Shown here: in pieces, positions 37,424-46,137 of the stretch
Layout of the letters: each line of letters opens with the position of its first letter
Position numbering within the stretch: position 1 is the first letter of the stretch
DNA from: Candidatus Spongiisociaceae bacterium
Lineage (GTDB): Bacteria > Actinomycetota > Acidimicrobiia > Spongiisociales > Spongiisociaceae
NCBI GenBank assembly: GCA_965243165.1
Contig: OZ251535.1
Location: 1,217,572 to 1,281,571 of the forward strand
DNA: 64,000 nt
Direction of reading: 5' to 3'
Notes under the pieces: model-generated
Database searches by the model: none
What the model saw: the letters and a program-made list of their open reading frames with translations, nothing else
What the model was told of the DNA's origin: nothing
Made by a program: the position numbers and the translations under genes

Positions 37424-39592
37424 ATGTTCAGGAAGGTCAGGAGTGTTTGGCCGGCGGCGGCCGCGGCCCTGGCTGCGGCGGCGCTCGCCGCGCCGGCGGC
37501 CTTGCCGGCCTCGGCCGACGACGGCCCCTCTTTCACCTTCGAAGGCGCCGGGTGGGGCCACGGCGTGGGCATGAGCCAGTGGGGGGCCTACAACCAGGCC
37601 CGGGAAGACCCCTCTAAGAAGGGGGAGGACATCGCCGCCCACTATTACCCCGGCTCGCAGCCGGCCTCCCTGTCTGATCTGAGACTTCCCAACGATCTGT
37701 TGGACGAGCTGGAGGCGCCCCTGTGGATCAACATCGCTTCCCAGATCAGCATCTTGGAGTTCACTCCGGTGGGGGGTCCGGTCGACCTGTGCCTGGCGGG
37801 GGACGGCGAGGGCGATTGCCCCAAATCCGTGCAGCCGCAGGCAGGGGAGCGGTGGGAGTTCCGCCGCATCGACGTCGGCGAATGCGGTTTCTTCTTGGGC
37901 GGAGAGCTGCAGGGAACGCCGGGGGATTGCCGGGCTTCGATCTCGTGGCCGGAGGCGGACGGGGTGCGGCTCCGCTACGGACCGGATCGGCTCAGGCCGT
38001 GTTCCTTGTCCTCCTCGGAATGCGAATACCGGCACGGCGAGCTGAAGCTGCGCGACGATCCGGTGGAGGTGGGTTTCCACGTGGTGCTGACCATCGGATT
38101 GGAGGACTACGTGCGGGGCATCGGCGAGATATCCGCCGCCTGGAGTCTGCCCGGCGTCAACGAGGCCCAGGCGGTGGCGTCCCGCACCTACGCCGTCTAC
38201 AAGTTCCTGGCCCACGAGGTGGGGCCGCGTTCGGAAGACGACCCGAACCTGGATCCGGGCATCACCCCTTCCCGGATGGACGCCTGCTGGTGCCACCTGT
38301 ACGACAACACCCGCGATCAGGTGTACCTGGGCAATTGGAGGAAGACCGAGCCCACCCATTCGGTCTGGGTGAAGGCGGTGGCGGACACCGAAGGCCGGGT
38401 GCTCGCCTACCAAGGGCCGGATTGGGAGCGTTACACCAAGGGCGGGGTGATCCAGGCCTTCTTCTCCGCCTCCTCGGGCGGCATCACCACCAGCAACCAG
38501 TTCGGCTTCTTCACCGGCTGGGACGGCGCCACCCCCCGCAACAAACTCTGGCCCTACCTGGCTCCGACCCCGGACCCGTGGGCCGTCGATCCGGAGTGGA
38601 ACAACCCCCACGCCTCGTGGAGCAGGTCGATCCCGGCCTCCCGCATAGCCGGGCTGTTGGGATGGGACGAGGTGACCTCCGCCTCGCTCGACGTCAGCCC
38701 CTCCCTCACTTCGGTGGCCAGGGTGCGTTTCGAAGGTTCGGACGAAGGCCAACCGGCCTCCACCTCGGCCGGCGGGGCCTGGCTGCGGTACCGGCTGGGG
38801 CTCAAGTCGTCTCATGTAACCGCCGTCGACGGGCAGGAGGCGCCGCCCACCGAGGAGACCGTTCCGCCGGAAGAACCGGAAGAATCCGAGGAGCCTGAAG
38901 AGCCTGAAGAGCCCCCCTCGGCGGAAGAGCCCGAGGAGCCTGAGGAGGCCGAGGATGACGGCGCCGCGACGCCGGGCCAGACCCCGGACGACGAAGACAT
39001 CTACGACGAGCTGCCCGGGTTCGACGACATCGCAGGTTCGGTCCATGAAGAGGGGATCGAGGCGATCTACGACCGGGGGTACACCCACGGATGCAGCAAC
39101 GACAGCATCTCCTACTGCCCCGACGACGACGTCGACCGGGCCACCATGGCCGCCTACCTGTCCAGGGCGCTGTGGCCGAGGGGGCCGCCCCTCCCCAGAG
39201 AGATGGACAGGTTCGGGGACGTACCGGAGCAGCATCCGTACGCCTTGGCCATCTATGCGCTGGCCGGGTCGGAGATCACCATGGGATGCGGCGACGGCTC
39301 GAACTTCTGCCCCCGCGGCACCTTGACCAGAGGGCAGATGGCTTCCTTCCTGATGAGGTCGATGGGCCTCGAACCCCTGCAGTCGCTGGACGGGATGACC
39401 TTCGAGGACGTGCCCCCGGGCCATGCCCATGAAGGCGCCGTCTACGCCATCGCCGCCGAAGGCGTAACCGTCGGCTGCGGGGACGGAACCCTGTTCTGCC
39501 CGGACGCGACGCTGACCAGGGGGCACATCGCCACCTTCCTGGCCCGGGCTTTCATCTGGAGAGGGCCCTCACCTCCCTCGGACGGGGCCTAG
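37424..39592 (+). CDS. SpoIID/LytB-domain secreted protein with acidic Pro/Glu-rich linker and C-terminal Cys-containing repeats
   Basis: Signal peptide, then the GHGVGMSQWGA SpoIID signature, an EEPEESEEPEEPEEP linker, and repeated C-terminal ...GCGDG..FCP... motifs. Confidence 0.7.
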   Translation: MFRKVRSVWPAAAAALAAAALAAPAALPASADDGPSFTFEGAGWGHGVGMSQWGAYNQAREDPSKKGEDIAAHYYPGSQPASLSDLRLPNDLLDELEAPLWINIASQISILEFTPVGGPVDLCLAGDGEGDCPKSVQPQAGERWEFRRIDVGECGFFLGGELQGTPGDCRASISWPEADGVRLRYGPDRLRPCSLSSSECEYRHGELKLRDDPVEVGFHVVLTIGLEDYVRGIGEISAAWSLPGVNEAQAVASRTYAVYKFLAHEVGPRSEDDPNLDPGITPSRMDACWCHLYDNTRDQVYLGNWRKTEPTHSVWVKAVADTEGRVLAYQGPDWERYTKGGVIQAFFSASSGGITTSNQFGFFTGWDGATPRNKLWPYLAPTPDPWAVDPEWNNPHASWSRSIPASRIAGLLGWDEVTSASLDVSPSLTSVARVRFEGSDEGQPASTSAGGAWLRYRLGLKSSHVTAVDGQEAPPTEETVPPEEPEESEEPEEPEEPPSAEEPEEPEEAEDDGAATPGQTPDDEDIYDELPGFDDIAGSVHEEGIEAIYDRGYTHGCSNDSISYCPDDDVDRATMAAYLSRALWPRGPPLPREMDRFGDVPEQHPYALAIYALAGSEITMGCGDGSNFCPRGTLTRGQMASFLMRSMGLEPLQSLDGMTFEDVPPGHAHEGAVYAIAAEGVTVGCGDGTLFCPDATLTRGHIATFLARAFIWRGPSPPSDGA

Positions 39593-40582
39593 CAGGAAGC
39601 CGGTTCCCCAGGCCAGATGCATGACCGCCAGCGCGGCGGGCAGCAGCCAGGCCGCCCTTCCCCCGCGGCGCGTCAGCTCGACCGCCGTTCCCGCCGCCAG
39701 GAAAGCCAGGTAGCAGAGCGGGATCACCCACCAGAACGACAGGCGGGCCGCCCCGGCCGCCGCCGAGAAAGCCAGGCCGAGCACCAGCAGCGGCGGGGCG
39801 GTCTGCCGCCAGACCAGCGACCGGGGGCGGCGCATCAGCATGTACCGCTTCCAGCGCCCGTAGTCGAAGAACTGCCGCCAGAGGAGGCGGAGCGACGACC
39901 GGGGCCGGTAGACCACCTCCAGGCGGGGGTCGTACCAGACCACCTTGCCCGCCCTCCGCAGGCGGTAGTTCAGCTCGTAGTCCTGGTTGCGCCGCAGGGA
40001 CGGATCGAACCCCCCCGCCTCCACCAGCGCCTCCCTGGTGAAGGCCCCCAGATACACGGTGTCGGCCGGCCCGGCGGCGGAGGAATAGCGGAAGCGGGAG
40101 TTCCCCATCCCGAAAGGCGAGGTCATGGCGGCGGCGGCCGCCCGCTGGACCGGGGTGGTTCCCACCGCTTTCTGGCGGCCGCCCACGTTGGCGGCGCCGG
40201 TTTCCCGGAGGATGTCCACCGCCGTCCGCACGTAGCCGGGGGCTGGCTCGGAGTGGCCGTCGCAGCGGACCAACACCTCGCCGCGGGAGGCCTCGACCGC
40301 CCGGTTCAACCCGGGCGCCGCTTCCCGGTCGGGGTTCTCCACCACCCGCAGGCGCGGCTCGGCCGCCCGGCGCTCCCGCAGGATGGCCGGCGTCCGGTCG
40401 GTGCTGCCGCCTTCTGCCACCACCACCTCCAGCGGCCCGGGGTAGTCTTGGGCGAAGACGGCGTCGAGGGCGGCGTCGAGGTGGGCGGCCTCGTTGCGCA
40501 CCGCCATCACCACCGACACGGCGGGGTATTTGGACAGGGGGCGCCTCGCTTCTTTTCCGGGGTTGTTCGAATGGCTGCGCAA
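39569..40582 (-). CDS. GT2 glycosyltransferase (ExoA-like) with C-terminal membrane helices
   Basis: VSVVMAVRNEAAHL, VVAEGGSTDRT, DGH... motifs. 337 aa. Confidence 0.75.
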   Translation of the reverse strand: MRSHSNNPGKEARRPLSKYPAVSVVMAVRNEAAHLDAALDAVFAQDYPGPLEVVVAEGGSTDRTPAILRERRAAEPRLRVVENPDREAAPGLNRAVEASRGEVLVRCDGHSEPAPGYVRTAVDILRETGAANVGGRQKAVGTTPVQRAAAAAMTSPFGMGNSRFRYSSAAGPADTVYLGAFTREALVEAGGFDPSLRRNQDYELNYRLRRAGKVVWYDPRLEVVYRPRSSLRLLWRQFFDYGRWKRYMLMRRPRSLVWRQTAPPLLVLGLAFSAAAGAARLSFWWVIPLCYLAFLAAGTAVELTRRGGRAAWLLPAALAVMHLAWGTGFLLGPVRGR

Positions 40583-40913
40583 GGCTCTGCTATGTTAAAA
40601 CGGGATGATCGAACGCGCTTGCTATGAAGACAGCTCGTATATTGGAGAAGTCCGCGGCCAGGCGCTGGCCGTGATGTTGCCCAAGTTGGCGGAGATGCTG
40701 CCGGAGGGCTGCACACCGGGGCCGGACGCCCGGTTGCGGCGGTTGGACTCGAATCTGCCTGATTTCGTCGATCTCCGGGCCGAATCTGGGGAGATCGTGC
40801 GCGTTCCCGCCGTCGGGGCGGCGCCCGTGCGGCTTCCAGCTGACAGACGGCGCCGCCGTTAGGGCAGCACCCGCCGGATCTTCTCGGCGCGTCTCTTCCC
40901 TTGGAGGTCACCC

Positions 40914-41609
40914 TTGGACATTTTCTCCCAGGAGACAGCGTTCGACCCGGCGGTGCTGATGGCGATGTGGGCGGCGGGAACGGCCGGCGCGGGCGCGGCG
41001 GCGGCCCGCTGGCGCATCGTCGGCCCCGGATTCATCTGGCTGGTTTCGGGGACGGTGGTCCTGCTGGGGGGGGCGGCCTGGTTCTTCGATTCCGGTCCGG
41101 TGTCGGCCTTGGGCGTACTGGCGGCGGCGGGCGGGGGGCTGGCCGCCCGCAGTCCGTCGGCGGCCGCCGGGCTGTTGGGGGCTTCAGGGCTGATTTTCCT
41201 CTTGGGGGACTCTGGTCCTGGGTTCACCCTGGCGGCGGTCACCGGCGCCGCCGCGCTGGGCGGGATCACCGGGGAGATGCTGCTGGGCCACTGGTACCTG
41301 GTGAGTCCTCAGATGCCCCGCTGGGCTCTCCGGCGGCTGGCGGCGGCGGGCGGGATCGGGGCGGCGCTGGACACCGCCGCCGCTTTCACGATCGGCGCCT
41401 CTCCGGAGGGGGCGGCCGCTCTGGCGCTGCTGGCGCTGGGCGGGATGAGCGTGCTGCTGATGACCGGGGTGTGGTTCTCGCTGGGCCATCCCTCCTATTC
41501 GGGGGTGATGGCGGCCACCGGCCTGAGTTATCTGGCGGTTCTGACCTCACTGGGGTCGGCGGCCTTGGGCCGGGCCGCCGCCGCCGGCGGGTGGGCGCCC
41601 CTCGGTTGA
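40914..41609 (+). CDS. Hypothetical Gly/Ala-rich polytopic membrane protein
   Basis: 231 aa, multiple hydrophobic segments, no recognisable family. Confidence 0.4.
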   Translation: MDIFSQETAFDPAVLMAMWAAGTAGAGAAAARWRIVGPGFIWLVSGTVVLLGGAAWFFDSGPVSALGVLAAAGGGLAARSPSAAAGLLGASGLIFLLGDSGPGFTLAAVTGAAALGGITGEMLLGHWYLVSPQMPRWALRRLAAAGGIGAALDTAAAFTIGASPEGAAALALLALGGMSVLLMTGVWFSLGHPSYSGVMAATGLSYLAVLTSLGSAALGRAAAAGGWAPLG

Positions 41610-41737
41610 CCCCGAGTTCGAAGCCCCGGCTGCCGCCTTCGCCTTCGTGAACGGATGGGGGTCGGATTAGGCTTCGGCTTCCTCAGGCCGCTTCCGGCCG
41701 GTGCGCAACCGGAAGATACAGCTAGCTAGGAGACCCC

Positions 41738-43207
41738 GTGGATATATCGTTCGTTCCGTCTCTTTCTTTCGCCGCCCCCTCGGCCGGGGTGGTGGGGCTG
41801 GCCGCCCTGCCCGGCCCCGAATGGCTGGGAGGCGCCGGCGAATATGCCGACTCCCTCGGCGAAGGGTTCCAGAAAGCCCTGGAGAGGGCCAAGTTCGAAG
41901 GCAAGCCCGGCCAGAGCGTCGTCTTCGGGACCGGAAAGGCCCGTCCGCACACTGCGGCCGCCCTGGGGTTGGGGGACGAGCCGTCCGCCGATGCGGTCCG
42001 GCAGGCGGCCGGGGTGCTGGGGCGGATCGCGCGCAAGGACGAGGCGGCGGCCACCACCCTGGCGTGGAGCGGCCGCACCCGGGCGGCGGTGGAGGGGTTC
42101 CTGATGGCCCAGTACTCCTTCGACCGGTACTTGAGCGAACCCGACCCCCCCCGCACCGAGTCCTTGATCTTGGTGGGGGAGGACGATCCTGTCGAGTGCG
42201 AAGCCGGGCGCATCACGGCCGAGGCGGTGCTCTGGGCCCGCGATCTGGTCAACACGCCTGCCTGCGACAAGCCGCCCGCCGCCGTCGCCCGCGAGATGGA
42301 AGAACGGGGGGCCGCCCTCGGCCTGCGGGTGATGGTCCACGGCCGCGAGGCGCTGGCCGAGGGAGGCTTCGGCGGGGTGCTGGGCGTGGCGGCGGGGTCT
42401 GACCGGCCCCCCCGCCTGCTGGAGGTCTGGTACGAGCCGGCGGCGGAGGCGCCGCGCGCCTTCGCGGTGTTCGTCGGCAAGGGGATCACCTTCGATTCGG
42501 GCGGGTTGAGCATCAAACCGGCTTCCGCCATGGAGACCATGAAGACCGACATGGCGGGGGCGGCGGCGGTGTTGGGCGCCTGTCAGGCCGCCGCCCGGAT
42601 GCGCCTGCCGGTGAAGGTGTTGGGGCTGGCCCCTCTCACCGACAACATGCTGGGGCCGCTGGCCGTCAAGCCGGGGGACGTGCTGAAGACCCGCAACGGC
42701 AAGACCATCGAGGTGTTGAACACCGACGCCGAGGGCCGGCTGGTGCTGGCCGACGCCTTGGCCTACGGGGCCGAGCACCGGCCCGATCTGATGGTGGACC
42801 TGGCCACGCTCACCGGGGCCTGCAAGGTGGCCCTGGGGGAGAAGATCGCCGGAATCATGGGCAGCGACGAGGATCTGGTCCGCCGGATCACAGAGCTGGG
42901 GCGCGGGGCGGGGGAGCGGATGTGGCCCCTTCCGCTCCCCGACGATTACCGCTCCATGGTGGATTCCCCCGTGGCCGACATGAAGAACATCGGCGGGCGG
43001 TGGGCCGGGGCTCTGACCGCAGCCCTGATCTTGAAGGAGTTCACCGGCGGGGTTCCCTGGGCGCATCTGGACATAGCCGGCCCGGCCCGCTGGCCCAAAG
43101 ACGAGCACTACCACACGAAGGGGGGGTCGGGCTACGGAGTGCGCACCCTGTTGGCGCTGGCCGAAGACCTGGCCGAACACGGAGCTCACCCCGGCCGGGT
43201 GGCGTAG
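41738..43207 (+). CDS. pepA: Leucyl aminopeptidase (M17 family)
   Basis: NTDAEGRL signature, VGKGITFDSGG and the C-terminal catalytic domain. GTG start. Confidence 0.85.
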   Translation: MDISFVPSLSFAAPSAGVVGLAALPGPEWLGGAGEYADSLGEGFQKALERAKFEGKPGQSVVFGTGKARPHTAAALGLGDEPSADAVRQAAGVLGRIARKDEAAATTLAWSGRTRAAVEGFLMAQYSFDRYLSEPDPPRTESLILVGEDDPVECEAGRITAEAVLWARDLVNTPACDKPPAAVAREMEERGAALGLRVMVHGREALAEGGFGGVLGVAAGSDRPPRLLEVWYEPAAEAPRAFAVFVGKGITFDSGGLSIKPASAMETMKTDMAGAAAVLGACQAAARMRLPVKVLGLAPLTDNMLGPLAVKPGDVLKTRNGKTIEVLNTDAEGRLVLADALAYGAEHRPDLMVDLATLTGACKVALGEKIAGIMGSDEDLVRRITELGRGAGERMWPLPLPDDYRSMVDSPVADMKNIGGRWAGALTAALILKEFTGGVPWAHLDIAGPARWPKDEHYHTKGGSGYGVRTLLALAEDLAEHGAHPGRVA

Positions 43208-43239
43208 AGCTGCTCCGGCGGCGTTCGATGGGGTGATTC

Positions 43240-44514
43240 ATGCGGCGCAGGTTCTTGTGGACCCAGTTCTTTCTCGATGCGGCCGCCTTGTCGGCGTCGG
43301 TCGGCTTGGCGTCCGCGGTCAACTTCGGCACCCCGTTTCCGTGGCGGTTCGAGCCGCAGGTGCTGCCGCTGTTGGCCATCATGTTCGGAAGCCTCGCCCT
43401 GGCCGAGTGGACAGGCGCCCGGCTGTCGGCGGGAGGCGCCCCCCGCCCCAGCTACGGGCGGGCGGTGGCGGTGGTCCTGATGACCTTGGGAACCACCTCG
43501 CTGGCGCTGACGGCCAGCAGGGTCTACTTCTCGCGTTCGCTGATCGGATGGTCGATGATCCTGTTCCTGGCGGGGGCGCTGGCGCATCGGGCGGTGCGCA
43601 GGCGGCGGCCCTGGGTGGAGCCGATGGTGCTGGTTACCGAGGAGAAGGGTCTGGTGGACGACTTGCGCAACGCCCCCCACGCCGATGTGGTCTCGGTGAT
43701 GGATCCTTCGACCGAGGGCCGCATCGAGCCGCTGGGGGAGGGGGTGGTGCTGGGCGTCGACCTGAAGTCGGTGCTGTCCGACCGGATGGCGCAGTACGTC
43801 TCGTCATGCACGCTGGCCGGTTACGACGTGCGGCCCATGTCCGAGGTCTACGAGATGCACACCGGGCGGATGCCGGTGGTGTCCTTGGCGGAAGGGTGGG
43901 AGCTGTCGGCCCCCGTGCTGCGCACCGCCCCCTATCTGCCCGGCAAGCGGCTGTTCGACGCGGCGGCGGTGCTGGTGACCGCGCCCCTGACCCTGCTGCT
44001 GACGGCGGCGCTGGCGGCGGTGATTCGGCTCAGCTCGCCGGGGCCGGTCATCTTCCGCCAGATCCGGGTGGGCCGGGGAGGGGAGGTCTTCACCCAGTAC
44101 AAGTTCCGGTCCATGCGGGAGGGGTCGGAGCGGCAGGGCCCGTCCTTCACCCGGGAGCGGGACGAGCGGGTGGTGCCGTTCGGACGGCTGATGCGGCGCT
44201 TCCGCCTCGACGAACTCCCGCAGCTGTGGAACGTGCTGAAAGGCGACCTGAGCCTGGTGGGCCCCCGCCCCGAGCAGGTGGACTTCGTGCGCCGCTTCGA
44301 CCGCCGGATCCCCTTCTACCCGAACCGCCACCTGATCCGCCCCGGCATCACGGGCTGGGCGCAGGTCAACTACGGATACGCCGACGGCGACGCCGACACC
44401 ATCGAGAAGCTCACCTACGACCTCTACTACCTCAAGCACATGAGCCCCTGGCTCGACCTGGAGATACTCGGGCGGAGCTGCTGGACCGTGCTCAGCGGTT
44501 TCGGCGCCCGCTAG
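43240..44514 (+). CDS. Polyprenyl-phosphate glycosyl-1-phosphate transferase (bacterial sugar transferase, WbaP/CpsE-like initiating enzyme)
   Basis: N-terminal TM helices, then a C-terminal Bac_transf domain (PGITGWAQVNYGY, KLTYDLYYLKHMSPWLDLEIL). Confidence 0.8.
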   Translation: MRRRFLWTQFFLDAAALSASVGLASAVNFGTPFPWRFEPQVLPLLAIMFGSLALAEWTGARLSAGGAPRPSYGRAVAVVLMTLGTTSLALTASRVYFSRSLIGWSMILFLAGALAHRAVRRRRPWVEPMVLVTEEKGLVDDLRNAPHADVVSVMDPSTEGRIEPLGEGVVLGVDLKSVLSDRMAQYVSSCTLAGYDVRPMSEVYEMHTGRMPVVSLAEGWELSAPVLRTAPYLPGKRLFDAAAVLVTAPLTLLLTAALAAVIRLSSPGPVIFRQIRVGRGGEVFTQYKFRSMREGSERQGPSFTRERDERVVPFGRLMRRFRLDELPQLWNVLKGDLSLVGPRPEQVDFVRRFDRRIPFYPNRHLIRPGITGWAQVNYGYADGDADTIEKLTYDLYYLKHMSPWLDLEILGRSCWTVLSGFGAR

Positions 44515-44815
44515 GTGTACTTCCCATGGACGTTGTTGACAGTTGGGCGGCGGGGGCATGAGCCGCACCCCGCCTGCTCTCACTGCTCCGCTGCCTCGGG
44601 GCGGCCTTCCCCCGGCGCGCCTCGAATGTGAGGTTACAGCGAACGGATATGTCACAGCCGGGGTGTACTCTCATAGTATGATACGAACATGGGTTCGGAC
44701 CAGCAGCACCCACAGGCAATACTCGGAAGATGAATCGCCTGCTGAAAATGGTTTGCCGGGGTGCCTTGTAAGCAGGTCGCGGCAGGCGCTCGGAGGATGA
44801 AGGAGGCGGCGAGCT

Positions 44816-45550
44816 GTGACGAACGACGCCGGGCTCTTTGAGCCGACAGAACTAATCTCCGCACGCAGAAGGCGGGGTTCGCCCAACGGCTTGCCCACGA
44901 ACGACCTGGTTCTGAGCGTTTTCACAGAAGGGAACGACCGCGCCTTCCCGCAGATACTCGGTCTCTACGTCGAGCCGGGGAGCGTCGTGGCGGATGTCAC
45001 CTACGGCAAGGGCGTGTTCTGGCGCCGCGTTCCTCCGGGCAGTTACGACCTGCGGGCTACGGACATTCAGGACGGCGTCGACTGCCGGGATCTGCCCTAC
45101 CGAGACGGTGAGATCGACTGCGTGGTGCTGGATCCGCCTTACATGCACTCTCCGGGCGGCACCGCCCATCAGACCCATACGCCCTTCGAGGACTACTACC
45201 GGAACAACGGTTCGGGCAACCGGACCAAGAGCAAATACCACGAGGCGGTGCTCGAGCTGTACCGGGATGCCGGCAAAGAGGCTCACCGAGTTCTCCGCGA
45301 GCGCGGGGTTCTCATCGTGAAGTGTCAGGATGAAGTGTGCTCGAACCGGCAGCGCTTCACACACGTGGAGATCATGTCGGACTACGAGGACATGGGGTTC
45401 ACTGCAGAGGACCTTTTCGTGGTCGTAAGGAACAACCGCCCCGGCGTCAGCCGCGCGGTGCGGCAGGTCCACGCCCGCAAGAACCACTCCTACTTTCTCG
45501 TCTTCTGGAAGCGGGGGGATCACGGAACAGTTTGGAAACCCCCGCTATGA
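44816..45550 (+). CDS. Small N6A/N4C DNA methyltransferase (type II RM MTase), low-GC gene
   Basis: Motif I-like VADVTYGKGVFW and motif IV VVLDPPY. 244 aa. GTG start. The region has clearly lower GC. Confidence 0.7.
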   Translation: MTNDAGLFEPTELISARRRRGSPNGLPTNDLVLSVFTEGNDRAFPQILGLYVEPGSVVADVTYGKGVFWRRVPPGSYDLRATDIQDGVDCRDLPYRDGEIDCVVLDPPYMHSPGGTAHQTHTPFEDYYRNNGSGNRTKSKYHEAVLELYRDAGKEAHRVLRERGVLIVKCQDEVCSNRQRFTHVEIMSDYEDMGFTAEDLFVVVRNNRPGVSRAVRQVHARKNHSYFLVFWKRGDHGTVWKPPL

Positions 45551-46044
45551 ACCCCATTCAGTTGCTCATTGAAGTCATCAGTGATCATTCACAAGCGTCG
45601 AAGTGGACTGGTGCCCCGCTGGAGAGCTTTCGCTCTGTAGCCAATACTAACCGAGGCCAGATAGGTGAGGGTTTTATTCGTCGATATCTGGCCGCTAATG
45701 GAATTACCGTAGGAAATGGTTCACGTGTCACCCTGACCGATCTTATGATCTCGGGTCAAAGATTCGAAGTAAAGACAGCGTCGGAAGATGTAAACGGGAG
45801 CTTTCAGTTCAATCACGTTCGACTTGACCGCCAGTATGATTATCTACTATGTTTAGGTATCGCCCCATCAAGCATATGGTTCGGTATTTGGCGCAAGGGA
45901 GTGGTGGCCGAAGGCGGCGCGGGGAGTCTGGTACGGATGGCGGAAGGACAGAGCGTCACGTTCAAGCTGACTAAGAAGCAGGACGGTCTACAACCTATTG
46001 AGCAATTACCTGACTTTATTGAGAGTATTATCAAGGCCCGTTAG
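45547..46044 (+). CDS. Putative type II restriction endonuclease (PD-(D/E)xK)
   Basis: 166 aa. ...TLTDLMISGQRFEVKTAS fits a D-x(n)-E-V-K catalytic core. Its start overlaps the MTase stop (ATGA). Low GC. Confidence 0.5.
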   Translation: MNPIQLLIEVISDHSQASKWTGAPLESFRSVANTNRGQIGEGFIRRYLAANGITVGNGSRVTLTDLMISGQRFEVKTASEDVNGSFQFNHVRLDRQYDYLLCLGIAPSSIWFGIWRKGVVAEGGAGSLVRMAEGQSVTFKLTKKQDGLQPIEQLPDFIESIIKAR

Positions 46045-46137
46045 TGGGCAACTCAGTAGAATGAACACAGCTCACCACGATGGATAACGGTAAGATATCA
46101 ATGAGTATTCGTGGGATTTATTGCATAGACAAAGTTG

